Source: Gammaproteobacteria bacterium
GTDB taxonomy: Bacteria; Pseudomonadota; Gammaproteobacteria; Steroidobacterales; Steroidobacteraceae
Direction of reading: 5' to 3'
NCBI GenBank assembly: GCA_030040795.1
Contig: JASHTA010000490.1
Span: 1 to 37,357, forward strand
Length of the DNA: 37,357 nt
Shown here: positions 26,240 to 34,275 of the stretch, one piece after another
Layout of the letters: the number at the start of each line of letters is the position of its first letter
Position numbering within the stretch: position 1 is the stretch's first letter
Notes under the pieces: model-generated
What the model saw: the letters and a program-made list of their open reading frames with translations, nothing else
The model's database searches: none
Told to the model about the DNA's origin: nothing
Program-made: the position numbers and the translations under genes

Positions 26240-28546
26240 ATGAACCGCCCTGCAATGAGTTTCGCGGCGACGCGCGTGTGCCCAGCGATGAGGGTCGCGA
26301 TGCGCGTGTACGCGATGATGTGTGTCGCGACGTGCGTGTGGGCGATGATGAGCGTCGCGACGATCGCGCGGGGGGATTCGGCCTCCGGATTCCGGAACGC
26401 TTCGCTGCCACCCGGCGAGCGCGCGAGCGACCTCGTGGCGCACATGACTCTCGAGGAAAAGGCGGCACAACTCGGACATACCGCGCCCGCCATCCCCCGG
26501 CTCGGAGTTCCTGAATACAACTGGTGGAACGAGGGTCTGCACGGCGTCGCGCGCGCCGGCATCGCGACCGTGTTTCCTCAAGCGATCGGCATGGCGTCGA
26601 CCTGGGACGTGCCGCTCATGCATCAGGCCGCAAGCGTCATCAGCACGGAGTTTCGCGCGAAGCACGCCGCGACCGTCCGGCCCGACGGCGGCTCGACGTG
26701 GTATCACGGCCTGACCGTGTGGTCTCCGAACATCAACATCTTTCGCGACCCGCGCTGGGGCCGCGGACAGGAGACCTACGGAGAGGATCCCTATCTTACC
26801 GGCCGCATGGCCGTCGCGTTCATCACGGGGCTGCAAGGCGACGATCCGCACTTCTTCAAGACGATCGCGACCGCCAAGCACTTTGCCGTCCACAGCGGTC
26901 CGGAATCGACTCGCCATCGCATCGACGTGCGGATATCTCGCCATGACCTGGAGGATACGTATCTGCCGGCATTTCGAGCGGCGGTCACTGAGGCCAAGGT
27001 GCAGTCGGTGATGTGCGCGTATAACGCCCTGGACGGTGCACCGGCGTGCGCCAATGACATGCTGCTCCGGCAGCACTTGCGCCGCGACTGGGGTTTCAAC
27101 GGCTACGTCGTGTCGGACTGCGGTGCCGCCGCCGACATCTACCTTCCACCGGGCGAGGGCCACCACTACGCGCCGACCCCGGAAGTTGCCGTCGCCGACG
27201 CATTGAAGGCCGGCATGGATCTCATCTGCGGCGACTACCGCAACAGCTGGAATACGGAGAAGGATGCGATCGTGGCAGCGGTCCGTCACGGGCTACTGCC
27301 GGAGTCGGTGCTCGATCGGTCGCTGCGCCGCCTGTTCGAAGCGCGCTTGAGGCTCGGCATGTTCGACCCGCCGGCGGCCAATCCGTACTCGCGCATCTCC
27401 GCGTCCGACAATGACACTCCAGCGCACCGCGATGTGGCACGGCGCATGGCGGAGGAATCGCTGGTGCTGCTGAAGAACGCGGACCATCTGCTGCCGCTGC
27501 GCCGGACACCCCGCTCCATCGTCGTGGTCGGTCCAAACGCGGACAGCGTCGATGCCCTGGTCGGCAACTACAACGGCACACCGTCTCATCCGGTCACCGT
27601 CCTGGCCGGCATTCGTGCCCGCTTTCCGCAATCGACCGTCACCTACGTGAAAGGCAGCGGGCTGATCGATGCCGGACCGGCAGGAGAGGATCCGGTCGCG
27701 GCCGCACGGCGCGCCGACTTGGTTGTGATCGTGGACGGTCTCTCGCCGCGCATCGAGGGCGAGGAGATGAAGCTCAATGCGCCCGGCTTCTCAGGCGGCG
27801 ATCGTACCAGCCTCGATCTACCGGCTCCGCAGAAGACCGTTCTCGAGCAGATCGCGGCGCTCGGCAAACCGACGGTGCTGGTTCTCATGAACGGCAGTGC
27901 CCTCGGCATCAACTGGGCCGATCAGCACGTTCCCGCCATCATCGAAGCCTGGTATCCCGGCGAGGAAGGCGGGACCGCCGTTGCAGGGCTGCTCGCGGGG
28001 GACTTCAGTCCCGCGGGCCGGCTTCCCGTGACGTTCTACCGGTCGGTCGATCAGCTGCCGCCGTTCGACGACTACTCCATGGCGAATCGGACCTACCGCT
28101 ATTTCAAAGGCGATCCGTTGTACCCGTTCGGGTACGGATTGAGCTACACGCGCTTCCGGTACGCGAATCCACGCATCAGTCGATCCGGTGTCGGCTCAGG
28201 CGAGGAAGTCGAGATCTCGGCCGATGTCACGAACACAGGAGCCATGGCCGGGGACGAAGTCGTACAACTCTACGTTACTCACCCCGGGGTCGGCGGCGCT
28301 CCGCTCCGCGCACTGAAGGGCTTCTCGCGCATTCATCTCGCACGTGGTGAACGGAAGACGGTCCGGTTCAGACTATCGAGCCGCGATCTCAGTGTCGTGG
28401 ATGAATCGGGAACGCGCCGCATCGTTCCCGGCAGGGTCCGTGTATGGATTGGCGGCGGGCAACCGCAGAGCCGCCCCGGCCTGCCACGCGCAGCCGGAGC
28501 ACAGACGCAGTTCTCGATCACGCGCGCAGCCGTCTTGCCCGATTGA
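26240..28546 (+). CDS. Glycoside hydrolase family 3 (beta-glucosidase/beta-xylosidase type), exported
   Basis: Motifs are MTLEEKAAQLG, WNEGLHG, NIFRDPRWGRGQETYGEDPYL, the nucleophile region GYVVSDCGA and a C-terminal Fn3-like domain. The start is set at ATG 26240 (RBS GAAGGGGAAG). In-frame ATG 26225 is the alternative. Confidence 0.9.
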   Translation: MNRPAMSFAATRVCPAMRVAMRVYAMMCVATCVWAMMSVATIARGDSASGFRNASLPPGERASDLVAHMTLEEKAAQLGHTAPAIPRLGVPEYNWWNEGLHGVARAGIATVFPQAIGMASTWDVPLMHQAASVISTEFRAKHAATVRPDGGSTWYHGLTVWSPNINIFRDPRWGRGQETYGEDPYLTGRMAVAFITGLQGDDPHFFKTIATAKHFAVHSGPESTRHRIDVRISRHDLEDTYLPAFRAAVTEAKVQSVMCAYNALDGAPACANDMLLRQHLRRDWGFNGYVVSDCGAAADIYLPPGEGHHYAPTPEVAVADALKAGMDLICGDYRNSWNTEKDAIVAAVRHGLLPESVLDRSLRRLFEARLRLGMFDPPAANPYSRISASDNDTPAHRDVARRMAEESLVLLKNADHLLPLRRTPRSIVVVGPNADSVDALVGNYNGTPSHPVTVLAGIRARFPQSTVTYVKGSGLIDAGPAGEDPVAAARRADLVVIVDGLSPRIEGEEMKLNAPGFSGGDRTSLDLPAPQKTVLEQIAALGKPTVLVLMNGSALGINWADQHVPAIIEAWYPGEEGGTAVAGLLAGDFSPAGRLPVTFYRSVDQLPPFDDYSMANRTYRYFKGDPLYPFGYGLSYTRFRYANPRISRSGVGSGEEVEISADVTNTGAMAGDEVVQLYVTHPGVGGAPLRALKGFSRIHLARGERKTVRFRLSSRDLSVVDESGTRRIVPGRVRVWIGGGQPQSRPGLPRAAGAQTQFSITRAAVLPD
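26264..26368. repeat. Imperfect 30-bp tandem repeat, about 3.5 copies, inside the GH3 signal-peptide coding region
   Basis: Units are gcggcgacgcgcgtgtgcccagcgatgagg / gtcgcgatgcgcgtgtacgcgatgatgtgt / gtcgcgacgtgcgtgtgggcgatgatgagc / gtcgcgacgatcgcg. Units 2 and 3 match at 24 of 30 positions by hand count. They encode ATRVCPAMR-VAMRVYAMMC-VATCVWAMMS-VATIA. Confidence 0.8.
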
Positions 28547-28699
28547 GCTCGGTTGAAGCCCATTCCTGCGGCACATGCCGCGCTCCCGGCCGATCTCCGG
28601 CAGCGGGTATTCCTGCGGAGCCATTCGGTGCCGTGGCATACTGGAGAGTGGGTAGCCTCGCATGAGCGAGGGGTTTGCACACAAACGGGAGACCACCCC

Positions 28700-29263
28700 A
28701 TGGCGTTCCTTGAATTCTCGGGGTTCAAAGGAGGGACGTTCCGACGCGCGGCGTTCGCCTTGTTGGCGGCTGCGCTGACCGTGTCGGCTGCGCCGGCGCT
28801 CGCGGAATATCCGGTGACCACGCTCGCGACGCTGCTCGATCGAGCGCAGATCGAGGATCTGCTCGTCAATTACTACGAGAACTTCGGCGTGACCGACGAT
28901 AATTTCGCGACGTACTATGTCGGCGATGGCGTGCTCGACGTGAACGGTCTCGTGGCCCGCGGCAGAGAGCAGATCGAGGACCTGTACAAAAAGACTGCGG
29001 AGGGAACGCCGAAGCGGCCCGGCAGGTTCCATATGCTCCTCACGAATCCCAGGGTCGTCATCCACGGCGATTCCGCAACGGCGGACGTCGTGTGGACAGG
29101 CATCATCTCGGAGACTCCCGTATCGACGCCCCGTTTCGTCGAGCAAGGCCGCGAGCACGATGAGCTCGTCAAACGGAACGGCCGCTGGTACTTCAAGCAT
29201 CGCATCATCACGAGCGATGGCGGGATGCCGGCGATGTTCGAGAAGTCGTACCAGAAGCGATAG
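28700..29263 (+). CDS. Exported SnoaL-like / NTF2-fold protein
   Basis: ATG at 28700 gives MAFLEFSGFKGGTFRRAAFALLAAALTVSAAPALA (signal peptide). It continues IEDLLVNYYENFG...DGVLDVNG...GREQIEDLY...TADVVWTGIIS...RNGRWYFKHR, as in SnoaL_4/NTF2-like proteins. It lies 12 nt upstream of the PQQ dehydrogenase gene. Confidence 0.55.
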   Translation: MAFLEFSGFKGGTFRRAAFALLAAALTVSAAPALAEYPVTTLATLLDRAQIEDLLVNYYENFGVTDDNFATYYVGDGVLDVNGLVARGREQIEDLYKKTAEGTPKRPGRFHMLLTNPRVVIHGDSATADVVWTGIISETPVSTPRFVEQGREHDELVKRNGRWYFKHRIITSDGGMPAMFEKSYQKR

Positions 29264-29275
29264 CGGGGAGCATCG

Positions 29276-31219
29276 ATGCGCGATCCGACCGCACGTCATC
29301 GAGTGACGCCCGGCGCCCTCGCGCTCGGCATCGGAGCGTTCGGCCTCGCAATGCTCGGCCTCGCAATGCAGGTGTCCGCTGCCGTGGGCACTGGGCCCGC
29401 GGCGCCGGCTTCGCGGGCCGTTCCCAAAGCCTCGTCCGAGCGCAATGCCACCGAGCTCGGATTTGCCGTCTTTCAGCAGCATTGTGTCGGCTGTCACGGC
29501 AACAAGGCGTACGCGCGCGCGCCCAGCCCGGCAGCGTTGCGAGCGATGACTCCGGAGCGCATCTACACGGCGCTCACCACCGGGATGATGAAGTCGGTCG
29601 GCGACACTCTGAGCGATCAGGATCGGCGCCGGGTGGCGGAGTCGCTCGCCGGCCAGCTGCTCGGGTCCGCGCGATCGGGCGATGCGAGCACCATGCCCAA
29701 TCGCTGCCGGCGCAATCCGCCGCTGCGCGGGATCTCCGGGGCGGGATGGAACGGCTGGGGGAATGGGCTCGCCAACTGGCGCTTTCAGAATGCCCGGGGC
29801 GCCGGGTTGACTGCGGCGTCGGTCGGACGGCTGGAGCTCAAGTGGGCATTCGGCTATCCGGGCGGCACGTCGGCGTTTGGACAGCCCACGGTCGTCGCCG
29901 GCCGAGTCTTTGTCGGCACCGACACGGGCTATATCTATTCGCTCGATTCCCGAACCGGATGCATCTACTGGTCGTACCGCACGCGCGCGGGCGTACGCAA
30001 CGCGATGACCATTGGGCCGATCGACACGCAAGGACACAGGTCGTATGCGGTCTTCTTCGGCGACCTCAAGTCCAATGCGTACGCGATCGATGCGCGGACG
30101 GGACGGCAACTCTGGGTCGCCCATGTGGACGATAACTTCGCCACCCGGGTCACGGCCGCGCCCGCGCTGTACCGAGGGCGTCTGTACGTGCCCGTTTCCG
30201 GGTGGGAAGGCTTCTCTGCGAAGGTGCTCGATTACCCCTGCTGCACGGAGGTCGGCAGTGTAGTCGCACTTGATGCGAACACCGGGAAAATGCTCTGGAA
30301 GCACTACAGCATCGCGGAGCGTCCTCATCCGACGCACAAGAACTCCCGCGGAATTCAGTTGTGGGCGCCTGCGGGGGTGCCGATCTGGAATACCCCGACC
30401 ATCGATGCGCGGCACCGGGCGCTCTACGTGGGCACCGGCGATGCTTCGACGTACCCGGCGCCGACAACGTCCGATGCGATCCTGGCGCTGGACTTGAATA
30501 CGGGACACTTGCTCTGGTCGAGACAGATCTACGCGAACGACTCCTTCATCGTCGGGTGCGCCGGCAAGGGCTTCACCGAGAATTGCCCGAAGGTCATCGG
30601 CCCGGATTGGGACATTCCGATGTCGCCGATGCTCACGCGCCTCGACGGCGGAGCGATGACCGCCATCATCTTCGGCACCAAGCCGGGCGACATTCTCGCG
30701 CTTGATCCAAACAAACGGGGCAAGCTGCTCTGGCGGGTGAACATCGCCCGCGACCTGGTTGAGACGCCGTCCGCCGGAGGTCGCGCCCGGAGCGGCCGCA
30801 GCAATCTCGGACCGCTCTGGGGTGGCGCACTCGACGGGCAGAACGCCTATTTCGGCCTCAATGCCGGCGGGGTGGTGGCTCTCAGCATCTCGGACGGCCA
30901 TCGTATCTGGTACACGCCTCTCGACACCAAGGCGAACCGCGGCGTGACGTATTCCGCCGCCACGACCGCCATTCCCGGTGTCGTGTTCGTCGGCGGCTCC
31001 GACGGCCGGTTGTGGGCATTGTCGAGCGCAGACGGTCATCCGCTGTGGTCGTACCAGACGGCTCGAGCGTTCAGCACGGTCAATGCCGTTCCGGCCCATG
31101 GCGGCTCGATCGAAGCGCCCGGGCCGACGGTGGCCGATGGAATGCTCTTCGTCGGCTCCGGGTATGGAGTGGTCACCGGTATACCCGGCAACGTCCTGCT
31201 CGCCTTCTCGGCGCACTGA
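29276..31219 (+). CDS. PQQ-dependent dehydrogenase with N-terminal cytochrome c domain (polyvinyl-alcohol-dehydrogenase-like quinohaemoprotein)
   Basis: A signal peptide is followed by the haem c motif FQQHCVGCHG with a downstream Met (TGMMKS). Beta-propeller repeats follow (GRVFVGTDTGYIYSLDSRTGCIYW, VVALDANTGKMLW, ILALDLNTGHLLWSRQ, GGSDGRLWALSSADGHPLW). GGGGAG precedes the ATG. Confidence 0.8.
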   Translation: MRDPTARHRVTPGALALGIGAFGLAMLGLAMQVSAAVGTGPAAPASRAVPKASSERNATELGFAVFQQHCVGCHGNKAYARAPSPAALRAMTPERIYTALTTGMMKSVGDTLSDQDRRRVAESLAGQLLGSARSGDASTMPNRCRRNPPLRGISGAGWNGWGNGLANWRFQNARGAGLTAASVGRLELKWAFGYPGGTSAFGQPTVVAGRVFVGTDTGYIYSLDSRTGCIYWSYRTRAGVRNAMTIGPIDTQGHRSYAVFFGDLKSNAYAIDARTGRQLWVAHVDDNFATRVTAAPALYRGRLYVPVSGWEGFSAKVLDYPCCTEVGSVVALDANTGKMLWKHYSIAERPHPTHKNSRGIQLWAPAGVPIWNTPTIDARHRALYVGTGDASTYPAPTTSDAILALDLNTGHLLWSRQIYANDSFIVGCAGKGFTENCPKVIGPDWDIPMSPMLTRLDGGAMTAIIFGTKPGDILALDPNKRGKLLWRVNIARDLVETPSAGGRARSGRSNLGPLWGGALDGQNAYFGLNAGGVVALSISDGHRIWYTPLDTKANRGVTYSAATTAIPGVVFVGGSDGRLWALSSADGHPLWSYQTARAFSTVNAVPAHGGSIEAPGPTVADGMLFVGSGYGVVTGIPGNVLLAFSAH

Positions 31220-31287
31220 GTCCGGCCGGATGCCGGGGCCGCGACGGCTTCGGCGATTCAATCCGCTCGCGATGCGGTGAGCAAGCG

Positions 31288-32865
31288 ATGAAGTTCATCA
31301 CTGCCCTTCTCGCTGCTTTCTGGGCCGCGGTTCTGCTGGCGCCGTTCGCCAGACCGAGTGCGGCACCCGCGGCCACGCACTGGGTCGGAAGCTGGGCCGC
31401 TTCACAGCAGATTCCGGAGCCGCGCAATGCTCTGCCGGCCGCGGTATTCCGCGACGCCACCCTGCGCCAGATCGTGCCTCTCTCACTCGGCGGCCACGTG
31501 CTTCGCGTGCATCTCTCCAATGCTTTTGGGACCGCGCCGCTTCACATCGCCGCAGCCCACATCGCGCGCGCCATCGCCCCGGGCTCATCCGCCATCGACG
31601 CCGCCACGGACACGGCTCTGACTTTCGGCGGCCGGCTGGATGTGGTCATTCCCGAGGGTACGGAATATGTCTCCGATCCCGTGCGCTTTGCGGCTGCTGA
31701 CGATTCGAGCCTTGCGATCTCGCTCTATCTGGACGACGCGCCGCAGGGAGAGACGAGCCATCCCGGCTCGCGGGCGACGTCGTACCTGGCGCACGGCGAT
31801 GTGGTGTCCTCGCCGGACTTGCCGCGCGCCACGACTTTCGATCATTGGTTTCAGATCGCCGAGGTCGATGTGAAGGCGCCGCGGGACGCCGCTGCCGTCG
31901 TGATCCTCGGCGACTCCATCGCGGACGGACACGCATCCACTACCAACGGAAACGATCGATGGAGCGACGATCTGGCGCGGCGCATCCGTGCTGCGGGGCT
32001 CGAGCTCGGAGTGCTCAATCACGGCATCGGCGGCAATCGCCTGCTGCAGGATGGCCTTGGCCCCAATGCGCTCGCGCGCTTCGACCGCGACGTACTGGCG
32101 CAGTCGGGAGTGCGCTACCTCATCGTGCACGAAGGGATCAACGACATCGGTACGTTCGATCCGCAGGGCAAGCTGTCCCGAGGCGCACACGAGGCTCTTG
32201 TGCAAGCCGTCGAAGGAGCCTTGGAGCAGATTATCGTGCGGGCCCACGCGGCCGGCATCGCCGTCTACGGCGGCACGCTGACTCCATTCGTCGGGTCATC
32301 CTATTACCGCCCCAAGCCGATCAGCGAGGCCGATCGCGAGGCGATCAATCGCTGGATCCGCCAGCCGGGGCATTTCGATGCCGTGATCGACTTCGACGCG
32401 GTGATGCGCGATCCCGCGCGCCCGGACCGTCTGCGGCCGAGCCTCGACAGTGGCGATCACCTGCATCCCTCGCCGGCCGGCTATCGCGCCATGGCGGATG
32501 CCGTCCCGCTATCGCTGCTCGTTTCGCGGCCGCCGGCTCTCGTCATGCGAATCACCCAGACCACGGCGATCGCGAGCGCGACACCATTCGCGATGATCTG
32601 CCAATCGAGCGCGCCGGCAAGCTTCGGCAGGAATCTCACCGCGAGGAGGAGGGCAACCGCGCCGGTGGTGCGATACAGGGGTACCTTGCGGGCGGCAGCG
32701 CGAGGCAGTCGGATATCGGATCGGAACGCAGCCGAGCGCGCCGCCAGGCGCCAACTTCGGTCCGCATTGGTCAGCGCGTCGAGCTCGGCCTGGAGAGCGG
32801 GCGAGCTTGCGAGTGCGCTCTCGACCTCGCGAGCGCGAGCAGGACTCAGTTCGCCGTCGAGATAG
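31288..32865 (+). CDS. SGNH/GDSL hydrolase, exported; has an atypical C-terminal tail of about 115 aa
   Basis: ATG at 31288 gives MKFITALLAAFWAAVLLAPFARPSAA. SGNH blocks are VVILGDSIADG (I), NHGIGGNRL (II) and DSGDHLHPSPAGYRAMADAV (V). Recognisable homology ends near 32520. The frame stays open to 32865 through Arg/Ala/Ser-rich sequence antisense to the anti-sigma gene. Confidence 0.75.
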   Translation: MKFITALLAAFWAAVLLAPFARPSAAPAATHWVGSWAASQQIPEPRNALPAAVFRDATLRQIVPLSLGGHVLRVHLSNAFGTAPLHIAAAHIARAIAPGSSAIDAATDTALTFGGRLDVVIPEGTEYVSDPVRFAAADDSSLAISLYLDDAPQGETSHPGSRATSYLAHGDVVSSPDLPRATTFDHWFQIAEVDVKAPRDAAAVVILGDSIADGHASTTNGNDRWSDDLARRIRAAGLELGVLNHGIGGNRLLQDGLGPNALARFDRDVLAQSGVRYLIVHEGINDIGTFDPQGKLSRGAHEALVQAVEGALEQIIVRAHAAGIAVYGGTLTPFVGSSYYRPKPISEADREAINRWIRQPGHFDAVIDFDAVMRDPARPDRLRPSLDSGDHLHPSPAGYRAMADAVPLSLLVSRPPALVMRITQTTAIASATPFAMICQSSAPASFGRNLTARRRATAPVVRYRGTLRAAARGSRISDRNAAERAARRQLRSALVSASSSAWRAGELASALSTSRARAGLSSPSR

Positions 32866-32897
32866 GCCGAGAGCTCGGCCGGATCGATGGGATTCAT
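32481..32897 (-). CDS. Anti-sigma factor (membrane-anchored, non-zinc ASD type)
   Basis: ATG at 32897 overlaps the sigma-factor stop (ATGA). MNPIDPAELSAYLDGELSPARAREVESAL is the classic anti-sigma N-terminal motif without Cys/His ligands. Two predicted TM segments follow (GAVALLLAVRFL, IIANGVALAIAVVWVI). Confidence 0.7.
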   Translation of the reverse strand: MNPIDPAELSAYLDGELSPARAREVESALASSPALQAELDALTNADRSWRLAARSAAFRSDIRLPRAAARKVPLYRTTGAVALLLAVRFLPKLAGALDWQIIANGVALAIAVVWVIRMTRAGGRETSSDSGTASAMAR

Positions 32898-33379
32898 GTC
32901 TCGTCCTGTGTCAATCGTGCCTGCAACGCCTTTCGCGCCAGATACAAGCGCGACATGACGGTGCCGAGTGGAATGCCCAAGCTTTCCGCGAGCTCGCGGT
33001 AGCTGAGGTCCGCGAAGTACCGCAGCTGCAGAATCTCCCGATGATGCTCCGGCAACCGGCTCATCGCCAGGCTCAGCTGCTCCCAGTCCCGGGCGTCGGG
33101 TGGAGAGTCTGCGGGGACGTCGAGATTCTCCAGGTTTTCGGTTTGGGCCGACCGCGATCGCCGGACCATGTCGATGCAGCAGTTCCGCAGGATGGCGAAC
33201 CACCATCCTTTGAACGGCCGCCCCACGTCGAAGGTATCCATCCGTTCCAGGCCTCGCATCGCGGCCTGCTGGACGGCATCCGCTGCATCGTCCCGATTGC
33301 GCAGAATCGAGCGCGCGTAGCCCGCCGCCTGAGGCAGCAAGGGCTCTAGCAGGAGCGCGTACTGCTCTTCGGACACCAC
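32894..33379 (-). CDS. ECF-type RNA polymerase sigma-70 factor
   Basis: The start is GTG. Region 2 is DAADAVQQAAMRGLERMDTFDVGRPFKGWWFAILRNCCIDMVR. Region 4 is LPEHHREILQLRYFADLSYRELAESLGIPLGTVMSRLYLARKAL. Confidence 0.88.
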   Translation of the reverse strand: MVSEEQYALLLEPLLPQAAGYARSILRNRDDAADAVQQAAMRGLERMDTFDVGRPFKGWWFAILRNCCIDMVRRSRSAQTENLENLDVPADSPPDARDWEQLSLAMSRLPEHHREILQLRYFADLSYRELAESLGIPLGTVMSRLYLARKALQARLTQDET

Positions 33380-33382
33380 GAG

Positions 33383-33694
33383 CTAGCCGAGTTTTTGCAG
33401 TAAGTGCAGCAACTGCAGCAGCTTGTCGTGGAACACGACGAGCAAGAAAATCACGGTCAGGATATGTACTACGGCGATTGCGAGGGCGATCCGACCCCGG
33501 CGGATGAGATCGGCCGCAGGCGCTGCCCCCTGCAGCGCAAGCAACGCGAGCACGCCAGCGAGGATGGACTTCTCCATTCCCAGCAGATTGACGAACGCCA
33601 CGACGCTCAGAGCCAGGGCTCCCGTTGCGAGACCCATGCGGCGACCCCGCTGGTACGCGGCATAAATGGGATCCGTCTGGGGCATAGTCGACAT
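33383..33694 (-). CDS. Small integral membrane protein (three predicted TM), first gene of the ECF operon
   Basis: MSTMPQTDPIYAAYQRGRRMGLATGALALSVVAFVNLLG...ILAGVLALLALQG...IALAIAVVHILTVIFLLVVF. GGAGAGGTGGA precedes the ATG. The stop lies 3 nt before the sigma-factor GTG. Confidence 0.6.
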   Translation of the reverse strand: MSTMPQTDPIYAAYQRGRRMGLATGALALSVVAFVNLLGMEKSILAGVLALLALQGAAPAADLIRRGRIALAIAVVHILTVIFLLVVFHDKLLQLLHLLQKLG

Positions 33695-33728
33695 GAGCGT
33701 CCACCTCTCCTATCACTCCTGCACCTGG

Positions 33729-33757
33729 TATACGGATGACGTGGACGATTTATTCAT
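33729..33757 (-). promoter_or_regulatory. Candidate ECF-type promoter TGAATA-N16-CGTATA
   Basis: The minus strand reads gaTGAATAaatcgtccacgtcatcCGTATAcc, 35 nt upstream of the small membrane protein ATG. It resembles the general ECF architecture (GAAY-type -35, CGTA-type -10, 16-nt spacer), consistent with autoregulation. Confidence 0.35.
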
Positions 33758-33805
33758 CCGCGACCCGGACCGTGACCGGCGGCGGCGGGGTGGACGGGAG
33801 GCGCC

Positions 33806-34195
33806 TTATTCGGCTCGAGAGATGCTCTGCGCAAAGTACCAGCGATGTCCGTAGGGATCCTCGACCGCGTACCGGCGGTCTCCATAAGGTTGGTCCGCCG
33901 GTCTCTCCAGGACGGCCGCGCCCGCCGCCACGGCGCGCTCGAAGTGCGCGTCCAGGTCCTCGATGCGGACGTACAGCTGCGCGAGTCTCTTCGGGACCCG
34001 GTTTTGCGGCGCCGGGCAGCCCATCATCACGAGCCCATCATCGCCGAGCGTCATCTCCGCGTGCACGGGTGCACCGTCGGGCCCTGCCTCCCGATGGCGC
34101 TCGCGCAAGCCGAAGGCTTTGGTGAGCCAATCCAAAGCCGCTCCCAGGTCGTCGTAGTAGAGGTAAGGGGTGATGCGGGGGGTCGAGTAGGGCAT
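33806..34195 (-). CDS. VOC family protein (glyoxalase/bleomycin-resistance fold)
   Basis: MPYSTPRITPYLYYDDLGAALDWLTKAFGLRERHRE...VHAEMTLGDDGLVMMG...LYVRIEDLDAHFERAVAAGAAVLERPADQPYGDRRYAVEDPYGHRWYF. The start is set at 34195 (GAGGA about 9 nt upstream). In-frame ATG 34204 is possible. Confidence 0.8.
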   Translation of the reverse strand: MPYSTPRITPYLYYDDLGAALDWLTKAFGLRERHREAGPDGAPVHAEMTLGDDGLVMMGCPAPQNRVPKRLAQLYVRIEDLDAHFERAVAAGAAVLERPADQPYGDRRYAVEDPYGHRWYFAQSISRAE

Positions 34196-34275
34196 GGGGG
34201 TCATCCTCGGTTGAGCGCCAAGCATCATCGCCCAGCCGGGAGGCCGGCGGATTGTAGAAAATTGACCGGACGACC

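Noticed and set aside
28561-28645. Small palindromes (GCGGCA-CA-TGCCGC at 28568-28581; TGCC-GT-GGCA near 28629-28638) and a direct ATTCCTGCGG repeat upstream of the SnoaL-like gene, plus the hairpin CCTCGC-atga-GCGAGG near 28656-28671
   Set aside because: The arms are short (4-6 bp) in GC-rich DNA and have no counterpart elsewhere in the window. The hairpin lacks a U-tract. They are too weak to call as an operator or terminator.
28373-31261. 962-aa ORF on the minus strand, the longest in the track
   Set aside because: It is entirely antisense to the SnoaL-like and PQQ/cytochrome c dehydrogenase genes, which have clear motifs. Its translation is Arg/Gly/Pro-rich with no recognisable domain. 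This is typical of spurious open frames in GC-rich DNA.
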